A DNA stretch of 40,000 nt from Bacteroides phage PhiCrAssBcn25. Below, in pieces: positions 12,987 through 23,869 of this stretch (positions are counted from its first letter, which is position 1; each line of letters begins with the position of its first letter). The notes under the pieces are model-generated. The model saw only the letters and a program-made list of their open reading frames with translations. It did not search any database and was not told where the DNA came from. The DNA is taken from the sequence record OQ221560.1; one strand, given 5' to 3'. The position numbers and the translations under genes are program-made.

Positions 12987-15247
12987 AAATGAATAAGTAT
13001 CAAACTGAACTAACTGAGGAACTAATGAATACCCTTCCTCAGGAGGTTCAGGAACAGTTACTTGAGACTCTTACTACAGTAGAATTTATCAAGAGGCTTA
13101 TATCTCCCAACAGACCTTATGCAAGGGACTTACCAAGGGATGAAAAGGGAAGGATTATAGTAGATATTACTAATCCACACATTATTGAAGATGCTGATTA
13201 TTTCAGACAACCAGCTCTGCATTTCTTGAAATATGGGTGCTATACATTCTTAAAACCTAATAGTAATCCTAACTCTGAGTTCAGGAGACACTGGGATGAA
13301 GAAAAGAGAAGATGCTATGAAGGTTATGTGAGAGAATCAGATGGAGAATGGGTTACAGGCTTTAACTATTGGTTTATGAATTATTGTCCTATGATGGTTA
13401 ATAAACTGATAGAAGGAAGAAAGAAGGCTATCAGAACTGAGGCTTTTCCATTCTTCTTTGAGGGTATATACTGGAGATTCCATTATCTATGGCAAGCAAG
13501 AGAAGGTGGTAAACATGCTATTGAATTAGCAAAGAGAGGGTGTGCTAAGTCTTATAGCTTAGCAGCAATTATGAGCCATAATCTTATACTTGGAGAGAGT
13601 GAAGAATCAAATAGAAGGGTTATTACAGTACTTACAGCTTATCAGAAGGAATATCTGAAAGATGACAAGGATGGTACTCTGTCTAAGTTCAAGCCTTCAA
13701 TTAACTTTAGCTTTGCTAATACTCCTTTCCCACATCTTATGCTAAAGAACTCTCCTAATGAGATGTCTTGGCAAATGGGTTATAAGGATGAATATGGGGT
13801 AGAGAAAGGCTCTCTAAATCAAGTACTTGCTGTATCTGCAAAGGATGATAGTGAGAAGTTGAGGGGTAAGAGAGGTTGGATTCTATTTGAGGAAATGGGT
13901 TCTTTTAAAGGATTGCTTTCTCTTTATGATATTACCAGAAAGTCTGTAGAGGATGGTGACTATACTTTTGCTACTATGTACCTTGTAGGTACTGCTGCTG
14001 AGAGTGAGTCTGACTTTAGTTCAGCTAAGACTTTACTTTATAATCCAGATGGTTATAATATATTGTCTATAGATAATGTATTTGACAGACCAAAGCAAGG
14101 TAAACCTAAGTTTGGTTTCTTCTTTCCCTCATATATTAATAGGGCAGGATGTTATAATAAGGATGGTGTATCAGATGTGGTTAAGGCTTTAATTGAAATT
14201 CTTATTGCAAGATATAAGGCTAAATATAGTGCTGACCCTAAATCAGTATTGAGAGTAATTGCTGAGGACCCTATTACACCAGCAGAAGCTATTATTAAGG
14301 TTAAGGCAGCATACTTCCCTATTACTGCTCTTACAGAAAGATTAAGTCAATTAGACCAAGATGCACATGCTTATGATGATGTATATGTAGGTAAGTTGGT
14401 GCAGAATAGTAATGGAGTTGAGTTTACCCCAACCAGTGATGTACCTATCAGAAAGTTTGGAGTAGAGAATGATACTCCGGGTGCTATTGAAATCTTTGAA
14501 ATGCCAGAGAAAGATAGAAATGAAAAGGTTCCCCACACAAGATATATTATTGGTCATGACCCTGTAGATAATGACCAAGCTGAATCTTCCTCTCTCTCTT
14601 CTACCTTTGTTCTTGACTTATGGACTGATAAGATTGTAGCTGAGTACACTGGTAGGCAATCATTTGCAGATGATAACTTTGAGATAGTAAGATTACTATG
14701 CCTGTTCTATAATGCAAAATGCCTGTATGAATCAAATAAGAAGGGTATATTTGCTTACTTTAGTAAGATGAATTGTACTCACTTACTGGCTGATACTCCA
14801 GAGTTCTTAAGAGACAAACAGTTGATTAAGTATAGTTCATTTGGTTCTAATGCTAAAGGTGTTAATGCCTCAGCAGCTATTAATGCTTATGCCAATAATC
14901 TTATAAGAGATTGGCTGATGAAGCCTGTAACTATTATACAGAATGTTGATGGAGAGGATGTAGAAGTAACTGTTTATAACCTTAACTTCTTAAGAAACAG
15001 AGCATTAATTGAAGAGTTGATTGCATTTAACCCAGAGATAAATGTGGATAGAATTAGGGCATTAGGTATGGTTATGTTATATAGAGAGGATAAGATGGTC
15101 CTATATCAAGGAAACCCTTCAAGAGACTCAGGAGAAGTACCAAAAGATTATTTAGGGAATGATAAGTTCTTTACTGAGAATTACAGGGCAGTACAAGCCC
15201 CTTTCCAGAAACCCAGTAAATTTAGTACAGAAGATGCAATTAGATAA
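12974..15247 (+). CDS. terL: terminase large subunit
   Basis: 757 aa; Walker A-like ELAKRGCAKSYSLAAI, Walker B-like RGWILFEEMG, nuclease-type RYIIGHDPVDND; crAss-like TerL size and position. Confidence 0.92.
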   Translation: MQYLEMNKYQTELTEELMNTLPQEVQEQLLETLTTVEFIKRLISPNRPYARDLPRDEKGRIIVDITNPHIIEDADYFRQPALHFLKYGCYTFLKPNSNPNSEFRRHWDEEKRRCYEGYVRESDGEWVTGFNYWFMNYCPMMVNKLIEGRKKAIRTEAFPFFFEGIYWRFHYLWQAREGGKHAIELAKRGCAKSYSLAAIMSHNLILGESEESNRRVITVLTAYQKEYLKDDKDGTLSKFKPSINFSFANTPFPHLMLKNSPNEMSWQMGYKDEYGVEKGSLNQVLAVSAKDDSEKLRGKRGWILFEEMGSFKGLLSLYDITRKSVEDGDYTFATMYLVGTAAESESDFSSAKTLLYNPDGYNILSIDNVFDRPKQGKPKFGFFFPSYINRAGCYNKDGVSDVVKALIEILIARYKAKYSADPKSVLRVIAEDPITPAEAIIKVKAAYFPITALTERLSQLDQDAHAYDDVYVGKLVQNSNGVEFTPTSDVPIRKFGVENDTPGAIEIFEMPEKDRNEKVPHTRYIIGHDPVDNDQAESSSLSSTFVLDLWTDKIVAEYTGRQSFADDNFEIVRLLCLFYNAKCLYESNKKGIFAYFSKMNCTHLLADTPEFLRDKQLIKYSSFGSNAKGVNASAAINAYANNLIRDWLMKPVTIIQNVDGEDVEVTVYNLNFLRNRALIEELIAFNPEINVDRIRALGMVMLYREDKMVLYQGNPSRDSGEVPKDYLGNDKFFTENYRAVQAPFQKPSKFSTEDAIR

Positions 15248-15263
15248 ACAAATCACTTATGTG

Positions 15264-15295
15264 CTTGACTAAATGGACTTTTTTACTTACTTTTG
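15264..15295 (+). promoter_or_regulatory. Bacteroidetes-type promoter CTTG-N20-TACTTTTG
   Basis: CTTG 15264-15267, N20, TACTTTTG 15288-15295, upstream of the portal gene. Confidence 0.75.
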
Positions 15296-15320
15296 TCACA
15301 AAATTAAATGATGGAAGACT

Positions 15321-17741
15321 ATGGCAGATTTTTTAAACTTTCCCAGACAGATGCTTCCTTTCTCTAAGAAGACTAAGCAATGGAGAAAGGATTGTCTGTT
15401 GTGGGCTAATCAGAAGACATTCTTCAATTATAGCTTGGTTAGGAAGTCAGTAATCCATAAAAAGATAAACTATGACTTACTTAATGGTAGGCTACACATG
15501 TCAGACTTAGAACTGGTACTCAACCCAGATGGTATAAAAGCAGCTTACATTCCTGATAGGTTACAACATTATCCTATCATGAATAGTAAGTTGAATGTAC
15601 TTAGGGGTGAGGAAAGTAAGAGAGTATTTGACTTTAAGGTTGTAGTAACTAATCCAAATGCTATCTCAGAAATAGAGGATAATAAGAAGAATGAGCTATT
15701 ACAAAGGCTTCAAGAAATGATAACTGACACCTCAATATCTGAGGATGAATACAATATCAAACTTGAGAAACTAAATGACTATTATACCTATGAATGGCAG
15801 GATATAAGAGAGGTAAGAGCAAATGAATTGCTTAACCATTATATAAAGGAATATGACATTCCTCTTATATTCAATAATGGTTTCATGGATGCAATGACAT
15901 GTGGTGAGGAAATCTATCAATGTGATATTGTAGGTGGAGAACCAGTCATTGAGAGAGTGAACCCATTAAAGATTAGGATATTCAAGTCTGGGTACAGTAA
16001 TAAGGTGGAAGATGCTGACATGATAATCCTTGAGGATTATTGGTCTCCGGGTAGAGTAATAGATACATATTATGATGTACTATCTCCAAAGGACATAAAG
16101 TATATTGAAACTATGCCTGATTATATAGGTCAGGGAGCTGTTGACCAAATGGATAATATTGATGAAAGATATGGATTTGTCAATCAGAATATGATTGGTG
16201 ATGAAATAACTGTCAGAGATGGAACCTATTTCTTTGACCCAGCTAATCTATTTACAGAAGGTATAGCAAATTCATTACTTCCTTATGACTTGGCAGGTAA
16301 TCTTAGAGTACTGAGACTATACTGGAAATCAAAAAGGAAGATACTTAAGGTTAAATCTTATGACCCTGAAACTGGTGAGGAGGAATGGAACTTCTATCCT
16401 GAGAATTATGTAGTAGATAAGGAAGCAGGAGAAGAGGTACAGTCATTCTGGGTTAATGAAGCATGGGAAGGAACTATGATTGGCAATGAGATATTTGTCA
16501 ATATGAGACCAAGATTGATTCAATATAATAGGTTGAATAATCCTTCAAGATGTCACTTTGGTATTGTAGGTTCAATCTATAATTTGAATGATAGCAGACC
16601 ATTCTCATTAGTAGACATGATGAAGCCATATAACTACTTATATGATGCTATTCATGATAGACTGAATAAAGCTATTGCTTCAAACTGGGGTTCTATCTTA
16701 GAGCTTGACTTATCTAAAGTTCCTAAAGGATGGGATGTTGGTAAGTGGATGTACTATGCAAGAGTAAACCATATTGCAGTTATAGATAGTTTCAAGGAAG
16801 GTACTATAGGAGCCTCTACAGGTAAGCTGGCAGGTGCTCTTAATAATGCTGGAAAGGGAATGATTGAAACTAATATAGGTAACTACATTCAGCAACAGAT
16901 TAACCTTCTTGAGTTTATTAAGATGGAAATGGCTGAGGTTGCAGGTATATCTAAGCAAAGAGAAGGTCAGGTATCTCAAAGAGAAACTGTAGGTGGAGTT
17001 GAGAGAGCTACTCTTCAATCAAGTCATATTACTGAGTGGTTATTTACTATCCATGATGATGTGAAGAAGAGAGCTTTAGAGTGTTTCTTAGAGACTGCAA
17101 AGGTAGCTTTGAAAGGAAGAAACAAGAAGTTCCAGTACATCTTATCAGATACATCTACAAGAGTAATGGAGATTGATGGTGATGAGTTTGCTGAGGCTGA
17201 CTATGGTTTAGTTGTAGATAATAGTAATGGAACTCAAGAGCTTCAACAGAAGTTAGATACTTTGGCTCAGGCTGCATTACAGACTCAAACTTTATCATTC
17301 TCTACTATCACTAAGCTCTATACATCTTCAAGTTTAGCTGAAAAGCAAAGACTGATTGAGAAAGATGAAAAGCAGATTAGAGAAAGACAAGCACAGGCTC
17401 AGAAGGAACAACTTGAAGCTCAACAGCAGATAGCTGCTATGCAGCAACAACAGAAAGAGGCAGAACTTCTCCAGAAGGAAGAAGCTAATATAAGAGATAA
17501 TCAGACTAAGATAATAATAGCTCAGATACAATCAGAAGGAGGACCAGATGAAGAAGATGGAATTATGATTGATGATTATAGTCCAGAAGCTAAAGCTAAT
17601 CTTGCTGAAAAGATAAGAGAGTTTGATGAAAAACTTAAACTTGATAAGGACAAATTGAAGCTGGATAAAAAGAAAGCTGAAACTGATGCAAGCATAAAGA
17701 GACAAGCTCTAAGAAAGAAAAGTAGTACAACTAATAAATAA
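15321..17741 (+). CDS. portal protein (crAss-like)
   Basis: 806 aa directly after TerL; portal-type sequence with long Q/E/K-rich coiled-coil C-terminus. Confidence 0.88.
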   Translation: MADFLNFPRQMLPFSKKTKQWRKDCLLWANQKTFFNYSLVRKSVIHKKINYDLLNGRLHMSDLELVLNPDGIKAAYIPDRLQHYPIMNSKLNVLRGEESKRVFDFKVVVTNPNAISEIEDNKKNELLQRLQEMITDTSISEDEYNIKLEKLNDYYTYEWQDIREVRANELLNHYIKEYDIPLIFNNGFMDAMTCGEEIYQCDIVGGEPVIERVNPLKIRIFKSGYSNKVEDADMIILEDYWSPGRVIDTYYDVLSPKDIKYIETMPDYIGQGAVDQMDNIDERYGFVNQNMIGDEITVRDGTYFFDPANLFTEGIANSLLPYDLAGNLRVLRLYWKSKRKILKVKSYDPETGEEEWNFYPENYVVDKEAGEEVQSFWVNEAWEGTMIGNEIFVNMRPRLIQYNRLNNPSRCHFGIVGSIYNLNDSRPFSLVDMMKPYNYLYDAIHDRLNKAIASNWGSILELDLSKVPKGWDVGKWMYYARVNHIAVIDSFKEGTIGASTGKLAGALNNAGKGMIETNIGNYIQQQINLLEFIKMEMAEVAGISKQREGQVSQRETVGGVERATLQSSHITEWLFTIHDDVKKRALECFLETAKVALKGRNKKFQYILSDTSTRVMEIDGDEFAEADYGLVVDNSNGTQELQQKLDTLAQAALQTQTLSFSTITKLYTSSSLAEKQRLIEKDEKQIRERQAQAQKEQLEAQQQIAAMQQQQKEAELLQKEEANIRDNQTKIIIAQIQSEGGPDEEDGIMIDDYSPEAKANLAEKIREFDEKLKLDKDKLKLDKKKAETDASIKRQALRKKSSTTNK

Positions 17742-17746
17742 AAGAT

Positions 17747-18133
17747 ATGAAGACACTAAGAACTTTGAAGATAAGCCCTAATGCACCTGATATTAACTCA
17801 GTGTGGCTGTATAAAGGTACAATGAAGTACTTTAATAATGGTGAATGGGAGACTATAGGTGGTGGAGCAACTTCTGTAGATTGGGATGATATAACTAATA
17901 AACCAGACTTTGCTACAGTAGCTACAAGTGGAAGTTATAATGACTTATCAGACAAACCTACTATACCTCCAGCTTATACTTTACCTGCTGCAACTACAAG
18001 TGCAATAGGTGGTGTGAAGAAAGCTACTAATGTAGCTAATTTAGCCAGTGGAGCTGAGTTAGAAGCAGTAGTTACTCAAGTTAATGCAATTCTGTCTGCA
18101 TTAAAGGTGGCAGATATAATGATTAATGATTAA
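17747..18133 (+). CDS. head-fibre-like protein
   Basis: 128 aa; VDWDDITNKPDF..YNDLSDKPTIP linker and KKATNVANLASGAELEAVVTQVNAILSALKVADIMIND C-terminus resembling phage head-fibre domains. Confidence 0.7.
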   Translation: MKTLRTLKISPNAPDINSVWLYKGTMKYFNNGEWETIGGGATSVDWDDITNKPDFATVATSGSYNDLSDKPTIPPAYTLPAATTSAIGGVKKATNVANLASGAELEAVVTQVNAILSALKVADIMIND

Positions 18134-20642
18134 ACTAAATACTATGTTTTTTACACAAGAAGATTATAGAAAGATAGAGAAGTGGTTCTTAGCAAATAGT
18201 AGGAAAGATACTGACTTTGCTGGGGCAGCCACCCCTCTTAAAGGAAATGAAACTGTAGTTCTTGTACAGAATGGTAAGAATGTAAAGGCATCAGTGAAAG
18301 ATGTAGTTGAGCAACTATTTCTTCTTGGTGTATCTGACTTTGTGAACATTACTGATAAGTATGGTGAGAGTTATATTTCACTATCTCAAGCTATAGAATT
18401 AATTCCTTATAGAAGTAGAAAGATTGGTCAGGTAGTTACTTTCTTGGATGATACTGGAAAATGGGCTATGTTCCAATTCCAAGGTACAAGGAAGAATCAG
18501 TGGGGTACTTTATCTCTTTGGGTTGATTTGATAGACCTTATGACAGGTCTTACTATCACAGATAGTGAAGATATTGTTACTGAGACTAATAGTGCAAATC
18601 AAGTAGCTCTTAAGTTTGCAGATAAAACTTATAATGAAGCTGACTACTCAGGTTTAGGCAGAGTATATCTTAGAAAGAATATTGTAAATGTTGAAGACCC
18701 TGTAACTGGTAATATAGTTACTATGAACTACTTACAGCAGTCAATGATTTCTAAAGAGAATACTATCTATATCATTCAGTATGACTACAATTTGAATGGT
18801 CAAACTATCACTATTCCAAGTGGGTGTGTACTCAAGTTTGAAGGAGGGAGTATAAGTAATGGTTCTATAAAGGGCACAGATACTAATATAATAGCTCCTC
18901 AAATTAGAATATTTAATACTATCTTATTATCTGGTACTTGGAAAGTTAGAGATATATTTGATGATTGGTTTGACTTTAATGCTACTACCAATTTTGATAA
19001 TATCAATAATTTCTATAATATATCCATATTACAATCAGATGATTTGGAGAATAATGTAATTCTTAAAGGGAACTATTATAGTTCTCTTAAAGATGGAATA
19101 GTTTTGTCCTTATCTTCTAATACCAATTTAGTACTTAATGGTAGTATTAGCTTGCTTCCTAATAACCTATCTTCATATTCTATAATAAAAGGAGTTGATA
19201 AGGAAAATATTAAAATAAGTGGAGGAGGAAGACTAATTGGAGATTTACAAAATCACTTAGGTAATACTGGAGAATGGGGATTTGGTATTAGTTTCACAGG
19301 TTGTAAAACTATATCAATAACTAATATTGATAGTTCTTATATGTGGGGAGATGGCTTATATATTGGGGCATCAGATGATACAGAAGAGGAGACACTATCT
19401 CAAAACATACAAGTAAATAATTGTAAATTTGAATATAATAGAAGACAAGGTATATCTATTACAGGAGCTGTTGATGTATTTGTTAACAATTGTTATTTCT
19501 TTAATACTGGTAGAATAAATGGAACAAATCCAAAAGCTGGATTAGATATAGAACCAAGTGGATTATATAATAGTAATGTTACAATAAGTAATTGTATAGC
19601 AGATTCAAATGTATCTACTGGATTTTTGGTTTATGGGGATAATAGAAATATTGTAATTGATAATTGTGCATCTAAAAACCAATTAATATCTATAACTATA
19701 TCCCAAAGAAGTGCAACAACTGACAATGATGATGTATTTATAAGGCATGGAAATATAGGAGGTTCTCTACAAATCACAAGAGGTAATATAAGGGTAGAGG
19801 ACTGTGAAGTAGATTCAGTTTATTTTACTGCTGATACATCAGGGATAGGAGCAAATGTAACTATTAGTAATTCAGTGTTAGGAGCAAAAAGATGGGAAGG
19901 AAGTACATATTTCAATTCAGTTTTTTTGATTGATTCTAATAGCCAAATTAATAACTTGTATATATTTGATTCCAAAATAGATTATGACCCATCAATTCTT
20001 ACTCAAGGGTTGTTCAATATAGGTGGGAGTTCTATAAGAGATAATATCCTATTTGAAAATTGTGATATTTCACAAAAAAATACAGTAAATTCTCTAAATA
20101 CAAAAGTAGGCTCTTATAGAAATTGTAGATTCTATAATATGACAAGAATATACTTGGCTAATGAACCAAATAAAACAGTTGAGTTTACAGATAATTATTG
20201 TGCTATGACAAAAGAAAGTCCAGGTACTAACATATTTAGTTTTCTAAATTCAGGTAACACTCAAGATGTTATACTCTTTGTTGTAAGAAATAACACCTTT
20301 AGTACTAAGGGGTCTATAAATGTTGGAAGTATAGGACTTATAGATGTTACTGGAGTTAATCTTGGTAATAAAATGATATTTGAGAATAATCATTTCTTAA
20401 CTCAATATCCTCTTACACAAGAGCAGATAATAAAAGCCCTAAGCAATAGGATAACAGTTGATACCAATTATAATTTTACCTCCAGATTTCCTTATAGAGC
20501 TACTTTAGAATCTTTACCTGCTTATAATGCTTTTGATGCAGGGGCTTTAATATATGGGGATGATAATTTGTTATACTTTTGGAATGGTACAAATTTAACT
20601 AATTCAGAAGGTACAGATGCCAGAAAGGTAGTAATAGTCTAA
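18126..20642 (+). CDS. beta-helix tail/head spike protein
   Basis: 838 aa; IPSGCVLKFEGGSISNGSIKG pectate-lyase-type entry and repeated ITNSxxxN-type rungs. Confidence 0.8.
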   Translation: MIKLNTMFFTQEDYRKIEKWFLANSRKDTDFAGAATPLKGNETVVLVQNGKNVKASVKDVVEQLFLLGVSDFVNITDKYGESYISLSQAIELIPYRSRKIGQVVTFLDDTGKWAMFQFQGTRKNQWGTLSLWVDLIDLMTGLTITDSEDIVTETNSANQVALKFADKTYNEADYSGLGRVYLRKNIVNVEDPVTGNIVTMNYLQQSMISKENTIYIIQYDYNLNGQTITIPSGCVLKFEGGSISNGSIKGTDTNIIAPQIRIFNTILLSGTWKVRDIFDDWFDFNATTNFDNINNFYNISILQSDDLENNVILKGNYYSSLKDGIVLSLSSNTNLVLNGSISLLPNNLSSYSIIKGVDKENIKISGGGRLIGDLQNHLGNTGEWGFGISFTGCKTISITNIDSSYMWGDGLYIGASDDTEEETLSQNIQVNNCKFEYNRRQGISITGAVDVFVNNCYFFNTGRINGTNPKAGLDIEPSGLYNSNVTISNCIADSNVSTGFLVYGDNRNIVIDNCASKNQLISITISQRSATTDNDDVFIRHGNIGGSLQITRGNIRVEDCEVDSVYFTADTSGIGANVTISNSVLGAKRWEGSTYFNSVFLIDSNSQINNLYIFDSKIDYDPSILTQGLFNIGGSSIRDNILFENCDISQKNTVNSLNTKVGSYRNCRFYNMTRIYLANEPNKTVEFTDNYCAMTKESPGTNIFSFLNSGNTQDVILFVVRNNTFSTKGSINVGSIGLIDVTGVNLGNKMIFENNHFLTQYPLTQEQIIKALSNRITVDTNYNFTSRFPYRATLESLPAYNAFDAGALIYGDDNLLYFWNGTNLTNSEGTDARKVVIV

Positions 20643-20648
20643 CTAAAT

Positions 20649-20684
20649 AAAGTAGTACTTGATACATAAATCAAGTACTACTTT
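20649..20684 (+). terminator. strong hairpin, probable terminator
   Basis: Perfect 15-bp stem aaagtagtacttgat (20649-20663) / atcaagtactacttt (20670-20684), loop acataa. Confidence 0.75.
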
Positions 20685-20686
20685 TA

Positions 20687-20718
20687 CTTGCATATATAAG
20701 AACTTTTACTTATATTTG
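20687..20718 (+). promoter_or_regulatory. Bacteroidetes-type promoter CTTG-N20-TATATTTG
   Basis: CTTG 20687-20690, N20, TATATTTG 20711-20718; abuts the hairpin at 20649-20684. Confidence 0.8.
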
Positions 20719-20740
20719 CAAACAATAAAAGAATAAATAT

Positions 20741-22810
20741 ATGGCAATACAAGATAAATTTAATAAGCCTAATGTTATCTATAAGATAACTAAGGATATA
20801 GACCTTGATGGGGGTACTCTTACTATTCCAGCAGGGTGTACTTTGGACTTTCAGGGAGGTAGTTTCTCTAATGGAACTATAATAGGGAATGCTACTAAGA
20901 TTAGGACTGGCTTAAGGCAAATATTTGCAACAACTATTACATTAAATGGTAGTTGGGATATAAGAGCATTATATCCTCAATATTTTGGGGCAATAGTAAA
21001 TTCTGACATTATTTCAAATGGGTATGACAGTACTAATGCAATTCAAGCAGCTATTACTAATGGAGAAAATCTCAACAAGCCTGTATATTTCACCCCTGGA
21101 TATTATGCTATCTCAAGAACTCTACAAGTAGGTTCAGGCAAATATACAGCTTTAATAGGAACAAAGTCAACTATTAAAGCCTATATTTATGCTCTTAATA
21201 CAATGGATTATTTGATAACCTCATCAGGTAGTAGTTATGCAAGATTAGAAATGCACAACTTGCACCTATGGGGGGATAATAAAGTAGCAAGTGTTCCTGA
21301 TTATCAGAACTTTGATAGTCTTGTGAAATACGGCATATATTTCCCTAATGGTTATATCTACACTGATATATCAAATATATCCTTTGATTTTTTCTCAAGA
21401 TGGGCTATTTATGTAAATGAGATATATGATGTACATTTTAAACAATTGTACATTAGATATTGTCATAATGGTATATATTTAACTGGGAACACTAATGGGG
21501 TTTCAATTACTGAATGTGAATTTAATAGTGTACAGTATGTGGGGGTAGCATTCAACCCAAGCCATATGGTAACAGTACAGAGAAACATATTTGAGAGAAT
21601 TGGCATGGCTGCAATATATGTGGGTGTAGGTGACAACTTTGATATATCTGACAATTATTTTGAAGCAGTATCAGAGGTGGGATTTATTCCTAAATATAGT
21701 GATGGTACAACTGTAATGCCCAAAAAATTACATGCTGATATAATAATTAATGGTGCTTCTACTTCAAGAATAATAGATTGGGGTACTCCAGATGAAGTTC
21801 CCAATGCTACTATGTTCACAAGAGCATGGTCTGTAGGAGGAACTATTCATAATAATAGTTTCCAAAAGTCAGTATTTGATGGTGACTTTGATTGTTTAAT
21901 CTTTGCATCATCTCTTAAATACTCAAGAATTACAGATAATGTATTATGGAACTATATAGATACTACTGGAATATATCTTTTAGGTACTTCTAATAATACT
22001 TCTACTGTTTGGATTAATGATGTAGAACTTACTTCTAATTATGTATCTGCAACAAGATTAATAGATAAAATAGGCTTAATAGAGGGAGTCCAAACAACAG
22101 GTACATTCTCCTATACTTATAACATCTATAGTAATGATGTTATAGAGAATAGGTTAAGAGGTAATTTAGCAAATAAATTATTTATCTATGGATATGACAA
22201 TTTAGTAGTTCAAAAGACAACTGAAAAGTATCAGGGCTTAGTAGTTTATACTGCCCCAGCAGATGGAGTTGTATTCTTAAGGGAAACAGCAGGAGGAACT
22301 TATACTTCATTCTTTGAAGGAATAGACAAATCCAAACTATTATTTGAAGTTACTTATTCAAGTAAAACTACTACAGGAGATTGGACTACCACAAGATTCT
22401 TATCTACGAGCATTGATTATAATTTTACAGTTAAATCTGGGGACAAATTTACTATCCCACAAATAAGGCTATGTGGAGGAAATATCTTAGATAAATTTGA
22501 GGATACTACTATAACTTGGAGAGATACTTACAGTTCTTATATTAGGAGAGTAGGATTTCCTGTAGGAGATAAGATTGAAATGCTTAATAATACTTTAGTT
22601 GATGCCTATATATCTACAGGTACTGGAAGTAGTACTGAGTTAAGTAATTGGCTTCCCAGTAAGAGTGGGATAACTTATGGGACAACTATTGATAGACCTA
22701 CATTAACATCTACTAATAATGGGTGGTTATATAGAGATGATACCCTCAAAAAGATTATTATGTGGAATGGAACAGCTTGGGTTAATATGGATGGAACACC
22801 TTTAGCTTAA
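20741..22810 (+). CDS. beta-helix spike protein (receptor-binding candidate)
   Basis: 689 aa; LDGGTLTIPAGCTLDFQGGSFSNGTIIGN beta-helix entry; C-terminal NGWLYRDDTLKKIIMWNGTAWVNMDG. Confidence 0.8.
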   Translation: MAIQDKFNKPNVIYKITKDIDLDGGTLTIPAGCTLDFQGGSFSNGTIIGNATKIRTGLRQIFATTITLNGSWDIRALYPQYFGAIVNSDIISNGYDSTNAIQAAITNGENLNKPVYFTPGYYAISRTLQVGSGKYTALIGTKSTIKAYIYALNTMDYLITSSGSSYARLEMHNLHLWGDNKVASVPDYQNFDSLVKYGIYFPNGYIYTDISNISFDFFSRWAIYVNEIYDVHFKQLYIRYCHNGIYLTGNTNGVSITECEFNSVQYVGVAFNPSHMVTVQRNIFERIGMAAIYVGVGDNFDISDNYFEAVSEVGFIPKYSDGTTVMPKKLHADIIINGASTSRIIDWGTPDEVPNATMFTRAWSVGGTIHNNSFQKSVFDGDFDCLIFASSLKYSRITDNVLWNYIDTTGIYLLGTSNNTSTVWINDVELTSNYVSATRLIDKIGLIEGVQTTGTFSYTYNIYSNDVIENRLRGNLANKLFIYGYDNLVVQKTTEKYQGLVVYTAPADGVVFLRETAGGTYTSFFEGIDKSKLLFEVTYSSKTTTGDWTTTRFLSTSIDYNFTVKSGDKFTIPQIRLCGGNILDKFEDTTITWRDTYSSYIRRVGFPVGDKIEMLNNTLVDAYISTGTGSSTELSNWLPSKSGITYGTTIDRPTLTSTNNGWLYRDDTLKKIIMWNGTAWVNMDGTPLA

Positions 22811-22822
22811 TATTTTAAATAT

Positions 22823-23845
22823 ATGAAAGATATACAACAACTAATTAAGAAGAATAGTCAAGAGGGAAGATATGAAGACATCTTCCCTAAGACTTTTCTT
22901 GATGCAGTAATTGACAAGGAGAGTGGGACTACTCTAACAGACATTCTTTCCAGCTTTAATATGTACTTCCTTTCATACACAGGAAGTAGGGAAACTACAA
23001 GACTTGAAGTTCCTATGTCACTTAGGAAACAAGGATTGTGGATAACCTATGTACTATATGATGGAAATACTATTACAGAATGGTATGGGATTAATGCTGT
23101 GGATGATGCTTCTTGGCAGGATGGTAATAACTGGAGATTAGGTTCAAATATGTTAGTAGGTGATATTAGTATCTCTGCTGGTGGTAATTGGATTATTAAT
23201 GGAGTTGATACTGGAATTCCTGCAAGAGGAGAGAAAGGAGATAAGTTACTTGTAAGAGTAAGTGAAGATAATACTAAGATAGAGTACTCTTATAACAATG
23301 TATTATGGGAGGAACTCTTTCCACTTAGTCTTATTACTCCTACTTTTAATATAGCTCCTACAGTACCTTTAGAACCCGGAATTAACCCAACTGTAAATAA
23401 TATAGGTAATCCATTTAATGTTAATCTACAGTTTGGTTTACCTAAATCTAATACTATAAATGTAGGTTCTGTATCTACACTTCCTGCTGGTTCTACAGTT
23501 AAAGTAGTAAATTCTGGCACTCAATACCAAGTAGTACTTGATTTCTCCATACCTATGGGTAATACTGGTGCTAAAGGTGAAAAAGGAGATGGATGGGAAT
23601 TAAAAGGCTTTGTAGATGCTGCAAGCAATCTTCCTTCAAGTGGTAATACATTAGGAGATTTATACTTAGTAGGAACAGCAACTCCTTATCAAGCTTATGT
23701 GTGGAGAGGTTCTCCTTACAATTGGGTTAATATTGGTACAGCTTTAGAAATCAAGGCATCTATATTTGATGGTGGTAGAGCTGATACTAAGTATGGAGGA
23801 GCAAGAACTATTAATTGTGGTGGTGCAGATGCTTTTTTAACATAA
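22823..23845 (+). CDS. fibre protein with short collagen-like segments
   Basis: 340 aa; GEKGDK and GNTGAKGEKGDGWELKG. Confidence 0.7.
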   Translation: MKDIQQLIKKNSQEGRYEDIFPKTFLDAVIDKESGTTLTDILSSFNMYFLSYTGSRETTRLEVPMSLRKQGLWITYVLYDGNTITEWYGINAVDDASWQDGNNWRLGSNMLVGDISISAGGNWIINGVDTGIPARGEKGDKLLVRVSEDNTKIEYSYNNVLWEELFPLSLITPTFNIAPTVPLEPGINPTVNNIGNPFNVNLQFGLPKSNTINVGSVSTLPAGSTVKVVNSGTQYQVVLDFSIPMGNTGAKGEKGDGWELKGFVDAASNLPSSGNTLGDLYLVGTATPYQAYVWRGSPYNWVNIGTALEIKASIFDGGRADTKYGGARTINCGGADAFLT

Positions 23846-23869
23846 TTTTTTTTTTTTTTATTTTTAGAT

